A stretch of DNA of 64,000 nucleotides from Camelus ferus (Eukaryota): positions 2,544,001-2,608,000 of the forward strand of contig NC_045697.1 of assembly GCF_009834535.1 (NCBI RefSeq). Direction: 5' to 3'. This document shows, one piece after another, positions 39,801 through 52,433 of this stretch. A program made the translations under genes and the position numbers. Position 1 is the stretch's first letter, and each line of letters opens with the position of its first letter. The notes under the pieces are model-generated. The model worked only from the letters and a program-made list of their open reading frames with translations. It ran no database searches and was not told the origin of the DNA.

Positions 39801-42519
39801 GGAGCGAAGGGTCCTGGGAGGGTACAGGTAGAATCCTTGAGGCTTTGAGCCTCAGGAGGGCAGGGCCGTGATGTCTGGGCTGCCTCTCTCTGTCCAGCGA
39901 GGGCCTGGCACCAGACAGAGGCAGTCACTCGTGGTGCAGGTGGGGACACTGCCACCCAGGGGACTCCGTGTGGCCACAGCCTCAGCCAGGCGGCCACAGC
40001 TGGTGGAGGCTCCCATCACCTTCTTCTGCACACCAAAGGGGTTGGGGGGGGGCTTTTGAAGTCCCTTAAGAAGTGGAAGGAGGAGGGAGTGGGGGCTCCC
40101 CAAAGACCCAACAGACATGCTGCTGCTCTGGGGCTGCAGAGGATGGAGGAAGAGAGGGTCCTCCAGAGGCCACACCAGAGAGATGGTCACAGAGTGCTCT
40201 GCTTCCCCTGAGGATGCTGGGGAGGGACTGGGGAAGGGCAGGCCGTGGGCACCTGATGGAGGGGCACACAGCGTCCAGTCCCCTCCCTCTGATCGCTCGG
40301 CAGCCTTGCTTTCAGTCTGGCGTTTGATTTTGCAGCCCTGAGCCCAGAGCTGGTCACGAGAGAGACGGTGGTTCTGGGTTTTGTGGGCTCACTGCTCCTG
40401 GCCTCCCGCTCATCCATCTCAGCTTCAAGACCAGCCCCTAACAGGGGTCCTGACATTTGCCGAAAGGAGGGAGGGAGGGAGGAGGGAAGGGAAGAGAGAA
40501 GGAAGGGTGGTATGAACGAATGAATGGAGTAGGTGGCCTGAGGTCTAGCTGGAAGCTGTGTGTGCCCCGGGTTTGCTGATAGGATGAATGTTGCTCACGT
40601 GCACAGTCGCCGTGGGTCTAACAAAAGCCTTGGACACCCCACGCCGCCCGAGGTCAGCTGTGCGGAAGATGCCCTGGTGCCCCCAGACAAAGGTGAGCAG
40701 GGTGTCCACCAAGGAGGAGCCCCCAGCCTGGTGCTCTCTGTTCTCAGGACCCCCCGGGCACCCCGGTGGTCGTGAGGGGAGTTAAGTGACTTGCTCCCAG
40801 TCCCTGGGGCTGCCACTGAGGCCGGCAGGGAGGGGCCTGGCTCGCGGCCGACTCCAGACCCTCGCTGATGGCTCTGTCTCTCAGGGACGGTAATGAAATA
40901 ATGTTGGTGTGACATGGCTCTTGTCGCCTGAGAGTGTCTAAGTGCTTTATAAACAATTAATCGCTCTCACCCACTCTGGCGGCTGAGCGCAATATCCCGG
41001 AGCCCGCGACGGCGGGAGGGAGGCTGGCCCTGGGGACGACGCTTCCGCGGCCCAAGGCCCTGACACAGCGCTGGGCCGACCCCAGGGGCCTGGGCTCTCC
41101 GGACACACAGACTTAGGGTCACGGGATTCGGGATAATGGACACAAGGGAGGCAGACCCAGGCAGCAGGAGAGGTTTGGGCCTAAGAGGTCGCAGCTCCTC
41201 ATGAAGACCCAGCCCCCGGACCCGTCTCTTCGTCCTTCCAGGCCCCCGGACCCGTCTCTTCTCCTCCCCGAGCCTGCTTCCCCATCTCCTCACGGACATC
41301 TGAGCGCCCCTCGCACCGCGGGAGGGGTCAAGAAAGCAAACGACGTGCAGCACCTAGAGCGGGTGATGTGCGACGCGCACAGCAGGCACCGAGGTCCCAG
41401 GTGCGTGGGCTCACGGGCTTCGGAGGGGAGGGTGGGTGTCAGAGGCCGCCCAGCCCGCACTCCGGCCTGCTGGGCGGTGACCGCACGTGGAACCCTTGCA
41501 TGCCTCCCCTGACCGGACGCTCACTGCCGTCAGAGCTGTCATCGCAGCGACCCCTCCCGACTCCCTGAGCCCCCACAGCCATTGACTAAACATGGTTACA
41601 GACATTCATAGGCTTGTGTTCAGGGCCTGCTACGTGCTGGGCAGGCGTGAGGGAGGAACTTCTCCCGGAAGCCCCTGCAGGTTCTCAGCCAGCTCCCTGG
41701 CCTCACATCAACCACTGTGGCTAGTTTGTGTTCCTGTCACTACCCTGCCCAGGGACCTACTGTTACTGCTATATGTAAAGTGTGCACGATTGTCACCTCA
41801 CTTTACGGGAGGTGGGGGGCGGAGGAAGAGGGGCGCTAGGTAACTAGTTCACAGCCGGGAAGATGCAGAGAAGCCAGAAGTCAGACCAGAAAGACCCCGA
41901 GTGGCCCCCCTGACTATCCTCCTCAACCACTCCCGAGGCGGCGCATTCCGGACTGAGCGGCAGGAAGGCTTCGTAGGCCAGTCCTTGCTTCTCTCCGAAG
42001 GGGGAGCAGCCCGCTCAGCCCTGCCTCCCTACCTGGGTCAGTGCTCCTCTGGGCCGGGCCCCCGCCCCTCTGCAGCCTGGAGCTGGTCGCATGGGGCTTC
42101 CTCGCGGGCGACCTGCCTGTCTCCCCGCTCAGACTGTGACTCCGCGGGACAAGGGCTCCCTAGCCTCTCGGTCTCCAGAGTCTGGCACAGGCTCAGCCCG
42201 AATGGGATGCTCAGTCCATCTCCAATGAAGGGAGAAGAGCACTCACGTTTCACAAACATCACCTCGTTATTATCATCCCCATTTGACAGATGAGGCAACC
42301 GAGGCGAAAGGGAAGGGGCTGGGAGGGGGGTCCCCTCTGGTTTGTAGCTCTCCTCTCACACCCTCATCTTGCAGACAACTTTGCACGTCTTCCTCAGGTC
42401 CCCATCTGAGCGGGAAGGGCTGGCCGCCCTCCCCAGGTGCTCTGCTGCCCTCCCGGCTCTGTGTGGCACTGATTTGCCCATCATGCCCCTGGTCCTCCTC
42501 ACATCTTGACTCACCTGAT

Positions 42520-42650
42520 CTTGAAGCAACCCTGAAGTTTACTGTTCTCACTTTGCAATCGAGGAAACTGAGGCACAGAGAGGTTAAGTACCATGCCCAG
42601 ATTCACACAGCTATTGTGGCCGATCTGGGCCTTTGGCCTAGCACTCCGGC
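42520..42650 (-). mobile_element. MIR SINE fragment
   Basis: 'gaggaaactgaggcacagagaggttaagtaccatgcccagattcacacagcta'. Confidence 0.85.
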
Positions 42651-43423
42651 CACAGAGCCTGGGCACTTGGCCTCAGCACTCCATCCCCCTCCTCCCAGAC
42701 CCCCTTCTGCGTGGAGCACGCTGGGAGCCAGAGGACCCGCCCCAATTGACGAACTTGGCTCTTCTCTCCAGATGAAAATGTCTGGTCAAATCCTGAAGGT
42801 AAAGGCCAGGGGAGAAAGTCACAAAGCGGGATGGAGAAACTGGAAAAATGGTTCTCTTGGCAACGGGAAGCCTATTTCTGGAATCCTGATAACCCGCCAA
42901 AAGGTCCAGGGGAAACGAAGTTGGAAAGTTTCACTCTCAGATGAAACCGTCTGATGATTCAGATGACTCTGACTGATTCTGGTCAGTGAGGCCCTTAATC
43001 GGCCCTGGTATCACCCTGTTCTGGGCGGTGCCGCCCACACCTTGCCTCAAGCGACCTCGTGTCTGCTGGGCTTCCCAGGCTCACTGTCAGCGCCCCTGCC
43101 TTTGGCCTGGCCTGCTGCGGCCCGGGCCGTGGGCCAGGCTGCAGGAAGCGGGCTTGGGAGGGGTAGGAGTAACAGCGACGGCTTGGTTTCACGCGTCGGG
43201 GCTGGGGGTGGGGCGGTTCACCCTGACAAGCCACAGGCCTCAGGAGCACCCGCCTCCTCACCCACGGAGCACCCGCCTGCTCTCCCTCCACCCCCCACCC
43301 CTGCCCAGTTCTGAGTCCTGCTCTGGAAACTACCTGAAGCTTCGCCATTGTGATTTCTTTGTTTTAGGGCCCGAGGGGCTGTCAGATCTCCTTTTCTTAA
43401 TAATAATTAAAACGGCATGTTCT

Positions 43424-44078
43424 TTTTTTTAAAATTGAAGTTTAGTTGGTGTTAATGTCTGGTGTACAGCATAGTGGTCCAGTTATACACACACACACAC
43501 ATTCCTTTTCATGTTCTTTTCCATTACAAAGTACTGAGTAGCTCACTGTAGGACTCTGCTGTTCGCTTTATACATAGTAGTTAATATCTGCAGATCTCAA
43601 ACTCCCAGTTTATCCCTCCACCCCCTTCATGCCCCCCTGGTAACCATAGGTTTGTTTTCTACGTCTGTGAGTCTATTTCTGTTTTGTAAATAAGTTCATG
43701 TGTGTCTTTTTTTTTTTTTAGATTCCACATATGAGTGATGTCATATGGCATTTTTCTTTCTCTTTCTGGCTCACTTCACTTAGTATGACGATCACTAGTT
43801 CCATCCATGTTGTGGCAAATGGCATTACTTTATTCTTTTTTATGGCTGAGTAGTATTCCATTGTATAAATGTACCACAGCTTCTTTATCCAGTCCTCTGT
43901 TGATGGCTATTTAGGTGCTTCCATGCCTTGGCTACTGAACCGGAGTTCCCTCTGGATACATGCCCAGGAGTGGGACTTCTGGATCATACGGTGAGACTAT
44001 TTTTAGTTTTTAAGGACTCTCCATACTGTTCTCCATAGTGGCTGCCCTAACTACGTTCCCATTAACAGTGCAGGAGGG
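43424..44078 (-). mobile_element. 5'-truncated, lineage-level (artiodactyl/camelid) LINE-1 insertion
   Basis: T tail followed by antisense 3' UTR and ORF2 end ('ttagattccacatatgagtgat', 'tatggctgagtagtattccattgt'); 15-bp TSD aaaacggcatgttct (43409) / aaaacagcatattct (44079). Confidence 0.92.
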
Positions 44079-44816
44079 AAAACAGCATATTCTCAATGTG
44101 AGATCCCAGCAGATACCATGCATAGAACACACACAATGTGACAACGTGTCCCTCATCTCTGCTGTGAGAGCCACCGCCGTCCAGAAGGTGCAGGGAGGGT
44201 GGTCTCCCGTTTCGTGGCTCTCTTGATATACACCCTCCTGACCTTCCCCTCTACTCAGACCCCACCAAGAGCCCTACTTGTATCCAGCTGAGGGGCCTTC
44301 CTTTACTTGGACATGACAGTGAAATGGGGCAAGGGTCCCAGCCTGCCCATCAGAGGAGACCGATGGCACCCTACAGACAGAGGAGTGAGGGTGAGGGTGG
44401 CAGAGGGTGGAGCTTTTGGAGTGAATGGAGGCTGGGAGCCCGGACTGGGCAGAGGGGTGCATGGGGTCTCCAGTGCCATTGGACAACCTTGGCCTTGGAG
44501 CCACGACAAGAGGCCCAGGAAATGAGTGGGACCATGGTTAGCTGTCCAGCTGGAGTTGGGAGCCAAGGGTGTGGCCTGGGGTCCCCTGGACAGGGTTCAG
44601 TTTAGCAACCCGGGGACAGATGTCAAAAGGAGGTAGCGTGACTCTTGGGTACTGAGTCCTGGTCTGGATCTGGGTGCCCCAGTGTGAGCCCAGGCCCCGA
44701 CATGGGATATGTGCCCCCACCTGGCCCTCTCCATCAGGCAGGTGAGGCTCTAAGCCTGGGACAGAAAGGAGCAGAAGCTGGAGGAAAGAAGCAGCCAGAG
44801 TCCCAGGGCGCTGTAA

Positions 44817-45054
44817 GGATCACTGTGGGAGGGTCACTGTGGGAAGGTCACTGTGGGAGGGTCACAGTGGGAAGGTCACTGTGGGAGGGTCACTGTGGGA
44901 AGGTCACTGTGGGAGGGTCACAGTGGGAGGGTCGCAGTGGGAGGGTCACTGTGGGAGGGTCAAAGTGGGAGGGTCACAGTGGGAGGGTCACTGTGGGAGG
45001 GTCACAATGGGAAGGTCACTGTGGGAGGGTCACTGTGGGAGGGTCACTATGGGA
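44817..45054. repeat. 14-bp minisatellite, consensus RGGTCACTGTGGGA, 17 copies
   Basis: Units counted in exact 14-bp phase from 44817 to 45054, with a few substitution variants and no indels. Confidence 0.97.
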
Positions 45055-45261
45055 GGTTGAGGGATGGGTTGGTGGGCTCAGTCATCCAGCCACTTGTCTA
45101 GTCACCACCTGCCTGTGCCTCCCGTGTTCCAGACACTCCTCGGTGGCCCAGGATGTGGTGCTGCCTGAGGGAGCTGGCCTTCTGGGAGGGGACAGACAGC
45201 AAACCTGTAACAGATGAGTGGCCTGGTGCCTGATATGGGAAAATAAAGCAGGGAGGGGACT

Positions 45262-45423
45262 GTGTGGGGGAGAGGGGTTGATGTGGGGGAGGGGAAGGGG
45301 TGGTGTGTGGTGGGGGAGGGGTGGTGTGGGGGAGGGGTTGGTGTGTGGTGGGGGAGGAGTTGGTGTGGGGAGGGGGAGGGGTGGTGTGGGGGAGGGCTGG
45401 GCAGAGGGAGGGAAGGGAGGGGA
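45262..45423. repeat. G-rich degenerate repeat (GGTGTGGGGGAGGGG-like)
   Basis: Many G3-G5 runs and almost no C on the plus strand. Confidence 0.85.
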
Positions 45424-45599
45424 GCTGAGCTGAGAGCCCCTGGGCCAGGTAAGGGCTGTGGGGTTTCCTCCCTGCAGAAAGGAAGAGGTGGAGGCTGTGA
45501 GTCAGAGGACAGCATGACCAGCTCCATTTTAAAAGACAATGTTGAGCGCAGCAGGGGTTTTAAATAGGGGGGAATAAGAGAATTTGACTAAATTTGGAA

Positions 45600-46025
45600 G
45601 CATCACTAGCCATGGCTACAGTTTGCTTTATTAATTTTCCAGGAGCCCATAGAGTGCCTGGGGAGGTCTCCACCTTCTGTCTGTAAGAACACCCTGAATG
45701 TCATTTGAAATTCTTGGAAAACAAAAAAGACAAAACCAGAAATATTAATCGTACAAACGCAGTTTAAAAGGTTAAATTAACTAAGTTTGTGAAGCGGGCT
45801 AATTATTTTTGGGGGGATCAATGTGTTCATTTTGAGTGACTCAGATACTGATTAAAGGACGCATGAAAGAAATTTTCTTTTTCAACAATTACCAGCTTTA
45901 TAAGTAATACAATGAGATTTGTACATTGAGCTTAAAGGCTTAGGAAATTAGCTTTTTGAATACGTAACTTAATGTTAACTTTAGTAAGTTTTGTACTAAA
46001 CAAAGCCCCATTAAATGATAAATGT
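45600..46025. promoter_or_regulatory. Candidate conserved non-coding element / enhancer
   Basis: AT-rich unique block with many TAAT/ATTA cores (ATTAAT, TAAATTAA, CTAATTA, TGATTAA, CAATTA, CCATTAA) and no recognisable repeat. Confidence 0.5.
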
Positions 46026-48179
46026 CCCTCCTGCTGGTAAAGTCCTCCGCCACAGGCTGTAACGGACCCCACAATGCTATGGGTGCTGAGAAGGGCAGAG
46101 ATTCGAGCTGGAGTTGGTGGCCGGACGCCTCGGCAGAGGGGCTGTCTGAGCTGAGATGGGGAGGCTGGGCTGGGGAGAACGCGGAGGGAAGAGCTTTGGC
46201 AGCAGGTGGAACGGCACGTGGCAGGAGCCCTGGGCGGCTGCAGCAGGGACAGAGAAGCCTCCGGACAGGTCTGGGGCGGGCAGGTGACGCCACTCAGGGC
46301 CTGTGGGCAGGAGGGAGGAGGTGGGGCTGTGGACCGCGTCTGGCCTTGAGCCAGGTGGACCTGCTGTATGTCGCACTCTGCCCACCTGGGCGGTGTGTCC
46401 ACAGCAAGCCCTGCACCCGGTGGGCCCTCGGCAGCTGTGCTGTGACGGTGTCTTAATGCCCCCTCTCCTGCGGGCTGGGACCCTGACGCGGGCAGGGACC
46501 AAAGCTGCGTCCAGCAATGCTGCGTCCACCCCCAGCGCCAGCACATCTCAGTGTTGAATGAATGAGTGAGTGAATAAACTGGGCAGAGGAAGGCTGGCCC
46601 CGCGTGGCTGCCAAGGGCGAGCTGACACATGCAGGGCCAGCACTGTGCCCACCCGGCCTGGCACCGGGCACAGCCAGCACTCCAGCCATCTCTTCTCTTG
46701 TCCAGTGACCCCTCCTGTGAGCAGTCCTGGGGCCACGGGGAAACTGGACAGCAGGTCCCGGTGTGTCTCCAGGCACACCCCCTGCCCGGCCCCGGGGGTC
46801 CCTGCTCTCCCGCCCTTTGGGCTGCTCCCTCCTCTCTAACGAGTGACCCAAGTGACCAAATGGCAGCTTTGGCGGACAGCAGGGAATTGCAGCAGCAGGG
46901 ACCCCGCCCAGCTGAGACCTGCCTCCCTGTGCAACGGGGCCCCTCCGGGTGTTCAGCTGAGACAGGAGGACTTCGGCAGCCGGCACCTGCGGCTGGATGC
47001 CGCCTCCTCTGAGGTCTGAGCGCCTCTCAGCAGGTCCGAGGGGCAGGCAGCCCCTGCAGCCCCGAGCCTGCAGCCTTGGATTTAGAAACGTGCAAATCCC
47101 CAGCTGGGTGATCGATCGATCTGGTTTCCGTGAGAGCGCATTACCCTCCCGCGGCCTTGTGCGAGTGTGCGGGGCGGGCGCATTTCCCTTGGCCCAGCTG
47201 CGCACCCCAAGTGCCCGGAACCCCCCCTCCAGCCCTGGGAAGGAGCTCATCCGGGGAGGGGCCGTGTCCCTGGGGGTGGGTCACCTCTCCAAAGTGCTCA
47301 GAAGTGTTCAATTGCTCCCTGGGGACACTGGCTTCCTTGCTAAGTGTCGCCTGTCCCTGAAGGACCCCTGCCGTGCCAGCAACAAGTCTGCAGAAATGTC
47401 CCAGCTGAACGCTGAGGTCTTGGCTCAGACATCCTGGAATCTCAGCGTGGAGGGGCTGGGGGGCTGCCAGGGCGGCGGCTGCAGCCTCACAGACCCCGTC
47501 CTCTCCGGGGAAAGCCCACCGGCTTCCCCATCGTTTGGTCAGGCCCCAGCCTCCTCTTCGCCCACCGCGCCGCAGCCACATTGGCCGCCTGGCTGCTCTG
47601 TCTCCCACCCGGGGATTTGGCCCCTTTCCCTCGGCTGCCTAGAACATTCCACCCAGACCCTGAATGGTCTGGCCCCCTCCCCTCACTCACGCCTCAGGCC
47701 GCATCACACCACACAAGAAAATGGTCCTATTTGAATGACACCCCCAGTAAGATAGGGTCGGTGTGGGGCTCTGAGAAAAAAAATGCATTGTGTTTTCTTT
47801 GCTTTATATCATCACGATGAAGAAATAGACAGTTTTACAATCTGTATAAACCTTCCAAGTAACTTTCCCTAAATGTTAATGAGAAACCAGAGCTTGCAAC
47901 ACTTAGGGAGGAAAAGTGAGCATCTCTACACTGTTTTATCCGTAAAATAAGATTGTGAGTGACTCCTGATCAGGACTTTCTAAAATAATCCTGTTTTCAA
48001 ACTCTTGAGGGTTATTGCTGCTGAAAACCTTGGTTCACACAAACAGGGGATAAACATTTTAGAGTAAGTGTCAACCATCGAATGGTTACAGCCCTTGGGG
48101 CTCTATTTAAAGAGGCTGGAAGCTCTTTCTTTTGTTTCATGGACAAATGTGGTCGTTAATCTATTTTGGAGAGGAGGTG

Positions 48180-48263
48180 ATTTGGGTTTTTATTTGTGGG
48201 GATTGGACCCAGAAGCTCGTGCGTGCTAGACGTGTGCTCCACCACTGAGCTACTCCCCCGCCC
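48180..48263 (-). mobile_element. Diverged Vic-1-like SINE
   Basis: 'ggggattggacccagaagctcgtgcgtgctagacgtgtgctccaccactgagctac'. Confidence 0.75.
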
Positions 48264-48847
48264 AGATGCGATCTTGAAAAGCCTTGTGATCACACGATGG
48301 ATTCTGGATGAAGTTTCCCACATCACCGATTTCAAAACTAATGGCGAGGCCCTACAGCGAAGATCGTGCCGGGCCGTGGCGCAGCAGGCCGCTCGGCACC
48401 CCAGCAGTGTGGGAGCCAGGAGCTGTGCCCAGGAGCCAAGGCCTCCCACCCCAGGCCCGACGGCCTCTCCCTGGGCTCCCACGGTGAGCCCTGGAACAGG
48501 CCTGGCTCGGACATGTCCCGGCCTTTTAGAGGACGGATGCCCGGGCTGCTGGAGTCGGTGGTAGAGCAGGAGTCCCTGAGCGCGAGAGCCGGTGTCCACC
48601 CTCGTGGCTGCCGCCCAGGGAGCCCGTGGGGCTCAGACTCTGAGCTCTCCTTCAGGCGCCTTCCCAGGAGCGCCCCGTGCCCAGGCTGCCGTAGCTGGAG
48701 GCTCCGGACCCGAGCTCTGCTTCCCCCGGAACCCCTTTCCTGGCAGAGGGTACGGGAGGCCAGCGTCTCATCCCACCTGCACTGTGACACCCTTTACAGG
48801 TGACCTCCCTACACAGGTGACTCTACCTCACAGGTGACCCCTCCTCA

Positions 48848-49322
48848 TATTACTGAACTTAAGTCTGGCTGCCGGCCGCTCAAAAATCAATACCCAAGAG
48901 GCAAGTGTTGGTGGAAAGGAAAGTTGCTTTAATCAGAATGCCAGAAATCTGGGGAGAAGGTGGACTCAGTGTCCCCCAAAACCAACTCCAAAGATTCCAT
49001 TAGCCATGAACGTTTTTAAAGGAAGAAGGCAAGCAATCTCAGCTAATCACCGAGATGCGGGTCAGAGTCATCGTCACCCCCTCCACGTGCAGGCTTGCCA
49101 GCTTTCTGCGATTTTTCTTTAGATGCTGTCTTGTTCACACAGTCTGCTCGCGACATCAGGGAAGAGATCTGGTCATCTGTTAATGACTTATCCTTCATTC
49201 CTACGCCTCTGATCTACGGAAAGGACCAACAAGTTAGGCAAGGTATTGCGCGATCCAAAGAGCCGAAAGGTGCACTTGGGCCGGAGGTGAGCTGAGCATG
49301 GGGGTGGGGGTGCGGTGTAAAA
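48848..49322 (-). mobile_element. Solo LTR of an endogenous retrovirus (family uncertain)
   Basis: Decayed termini TATTAC...GTAAAA flanked by CCTCA on both sides (48843, 49323); LTR-like interior 'aggcaagtgttggtggaaaggaaagttgctttaatcag' with antisense ATTAAA. Confidence 0.7.
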
Positions 49323-52300
49323 CCTCATGGCAAGGTGGCTTTGCGAAAGCTGTAAGAAAAGGCGCTTCCTGCTGAGGGCGTGTCCTCAAAGAGCTGCTTT
49401 CACGTGCAGGCGACCCCCCTTCACAGCTGCCCCTCCCTCCCAGGTAACACCAAACACACCTATAGCTTAAGGTGCCCTGTGCCCAGCCTGGGAGGCCCCG
49501 CTCTAACACCATGGGTTAGTTCCTCACACACTTGCTGTTTGTCCGTTTGTTGAGGGTGTGGTCCTCCACTGTCTTGTGTCTCAGAGCCTGGAGTAGGTTT
49601 GAGACCCAGGAGGCGCCTAGTGAACATTTGTTAAGTCCCAGGGGCAGCGCGGCTCCACACTGGTCTGGTCTAAGGGACAGGGTGGCACTCCTGGTGGCCC
49701 TGACCGTGTGGCCTAGGCAGCCTGGAGACCTGGGCACAGCGCACCCGTTCCTCCCACCAGGCAGCGCCGAAACCCTCCCTGGAGGCCCCGTCTGTGCTGG
49801 AGGACTGGGAGGTAGGGCCCTGGGCAGGCGGGCTCGCCCGCTGCCCTTAAGGTTCCTCCTCCACCTAACCAGCTGCACGCCAGAAAACCGTGTTCTGGCA
49901 GCAATAAGAACTGTGCTGGGGTGAGGCACACAGAGAGGGAGGCTCAGCGTGAGACAGAGAATGTCCAGTCCCCAGGCCCACCTCACTGTCCTGTGCCCTT
50001 GGGGACCCCGGCCTGGCCCGCCCAGCACGGGCTCTCACTGCTCTGCCCGGAATAGGACAGCTGGATGGCAGGTGGCTTCCAGGTCCAGGTACCACCTCGC
50101 AGGGGAGGCTTCTCTCACCATCTAAGTAAAGCCTGTGGCCTCAGCCTTGTGTCTGCCTTCTCACCCCTGCCCCGCCCTGGCCGGCAGCGGGTCCCCACTC
50201 AGGGCCATGGGAGGTGGGGCTGTGTAGAGCAAAGCGGGTTCTCCAGCCCCAGTGCAATCCTAGAATCTGTTCTGAGGGGTGCGAGCTGCACGCACAACTA
50301 CTGCCCCCACGGGGAGCTGGGGCTTCTGGATGGACTTGGCCAGCGGCTTGGCCCAGCTCGGGTGGGCTGGTCCACAGGGGAACGGACTGTCAGAGCCCAG
50401 CCTGCAGAGCCGCCTTGGGGCTGGCACATCACGAGGGACTGAGACATTTGGCTGAGAGATGCACAGTCCTGATTGGCGGGGCCCCGGAGGGCAGAGCCGC
50501 GGGCTCCAGAGCGAGCGAGCTGGCAGTGAGAAGTGGTCTGCCATCACCAGATGTGGCCCAGTTAACGGGGTTGGGAAGGGGGGCCGTGGCAGGGCTCTGG
50601 GGAGGACGGCAGCTGTGTCGGAGCTGTGGCTCCCAGCTCTTGCCGAGAGCAGGCCCAGTCTGGTCCTCTCTGCGTGCTGGACCTGGCCTCAGGCTGGCCC
50701 CAGCAGATCTGTGCCCAGGCGTTTGCTGAGGGCACCCGACCCTGGTTTCGGGATCCTCCGGCCCCCTCAGTGTGGCTTCTTTTCCGTCCCTCCAGCTGTG
50801 TGCCCGCCTGCTCAGCGGGGAGGCTGTGCACCTGCGGATGCCCCCAGGAGCAAGGCCTGCAGACCTAGCGAGCGTCAGGGAGCCCGGGGGGCAGGGCCGG
50901 CAGCCCCCGGGCTGAAACCAGGGCTCCTCCATCCGCCTCTGATGGGCCCAGGCCTCCCTCCCCTGGGCGCTTCCAGACAGCAGAAGGTGTGGCCACCCAC
51001 CCCTCTAGTCACACCCTCACAGCTCAAATCCACGGAAAAGAGAAGCCCCCTCTTTTCAGCACCTGCATATAAAATTCCAGGGCAGGGTTCTGATTGGCCC
51101 AGCCAGATCACGTGGTGACCTGCAGGGCCATGCAGAGAGGGACAGGGACAGCTCTCAAAGGCAAGCAGGCACACTCACCGCCAGGAAGTGGATGGAGGGG
51201 TCTGGGCAGACCAGGTAGCCACAGCACAGGGCAGGGGCTGTGTGGGGGACACCCGAGAGCGGGCTCAGCCAAAGGGAGTCAAGGTCAGGACGAGCAGAGA
51301 GAGTGAGAGAGGGGGGACGGTGCCCCCACCACGCTCTGAAAAGGCAGCTCCAGTGGCAGACGCCCCGTCCGGCTCCCGCAGGCTCCGAGCATCCCCACGC
51401 CCCCTCCCCGCTCCCCGTCCAGGCGAGGGAGGCGGCCCCTTCCTGGGAATAACACTGTTCTTGTGTTAGAGACAAAGAGCCAGAAGCAGACCCAAGCCGT
51501 GAATCACGTTTACAACTTTTTAAAGTTGATACTTGTTTCGCATACGGCAAAATTAACTTTTTTTTGCACGCGGCTTAAAGGGTTTTGACAAATGCTAGAA
51601 TAACGTAGCCGCCACCAAAATCAAAATGCGGATCAGTTCCATCACCGCCCCTCCAAGATCTTTTCGTAGTTAAAGCTCCCCCTGACCCGTAACCCGTGGC
51701 ATTCATCGTCTGCTCTCTCCACCCCAGCCCTGTCTTTTCCAGACTGTCACCTGAACGGGGCCACACGGAAGGTAGTTTTGGATCTGGCTTCTTGGGCTCA
51801 GCGTAATCCTTTGAGATTCAGCCATGCTGTTTGTGGATCCATAATTCATTCCTTTATTCTGCTGAATGGTGTTTCATCCAGTGGGAGTATCACAGATTCT
51901 GCTCAGCCGGTCTCCACTGGATGGACACTTGGGTTGTTTCCAGTTTTGAGCAACTGTGAGTGAAGCTACAATAAACATTCACATATAGGGTCCTACGGAA
52001 AATATGTTTCTTGGTGAGGCTCTACCGAACCATTCCCCATGCATTCTCACCAGCAACGTGAGGGGGCTCTGACGCTTTCTCATCCTTGCCAGCCTAGGTA
52101 TTGCCAGGTTTTGGGTTTTTGTTTTTTTTGGTTAACTGTTCCAACATGTTTGGGGCTGCATCTCACTGTGGTTTTAGTGTGTGTTTCCCCACACACAACA
52201 TGGAGCATCTTGTCCTGCACTTTTCCCGCCAAACGTCTTCGCTGGCGAGGTGTCTTCAAATACTTTGCCCCTTTCTTGCCAGATTGTTGCCTTGCCTGAT

Positions 52301-52433
52301 GCCGCGCTTTGGGAGTTCTTTGTATATTCCAAACACACGTGCGTTACTGGCTGTGTGATTTATCAATGCTTTCTCCTAGTCTGTGGTTTGTCTTTTCATT
52401 CTTACAGTAATAGCTTTTGCAAAGCAAATTTTA

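Noticed and set aside
44817..45054. Possible CRISPR-like array (also 24542-24636 and 48796-48838)
   Set aside because: Short head-to-tail units without CRISPR-sized unique spacers, no cas genes, mammalian context.
44645..45217. Repetitive ORFs (VTVGGSLWEGHCGR)n
   Set aside because: Translation of the 14-bp minisatellite, open in all three frames.
51085..51122. CCAAT box plus CACGTG (ERSE- or promoter-like pair)
   Set aside because: Order and spacing do not fit ERSE (CCAAT-N9-CCACG), and the 'ctgattggcccagcc...tcacgtg' context resembles old MLT1 LTR remnants.
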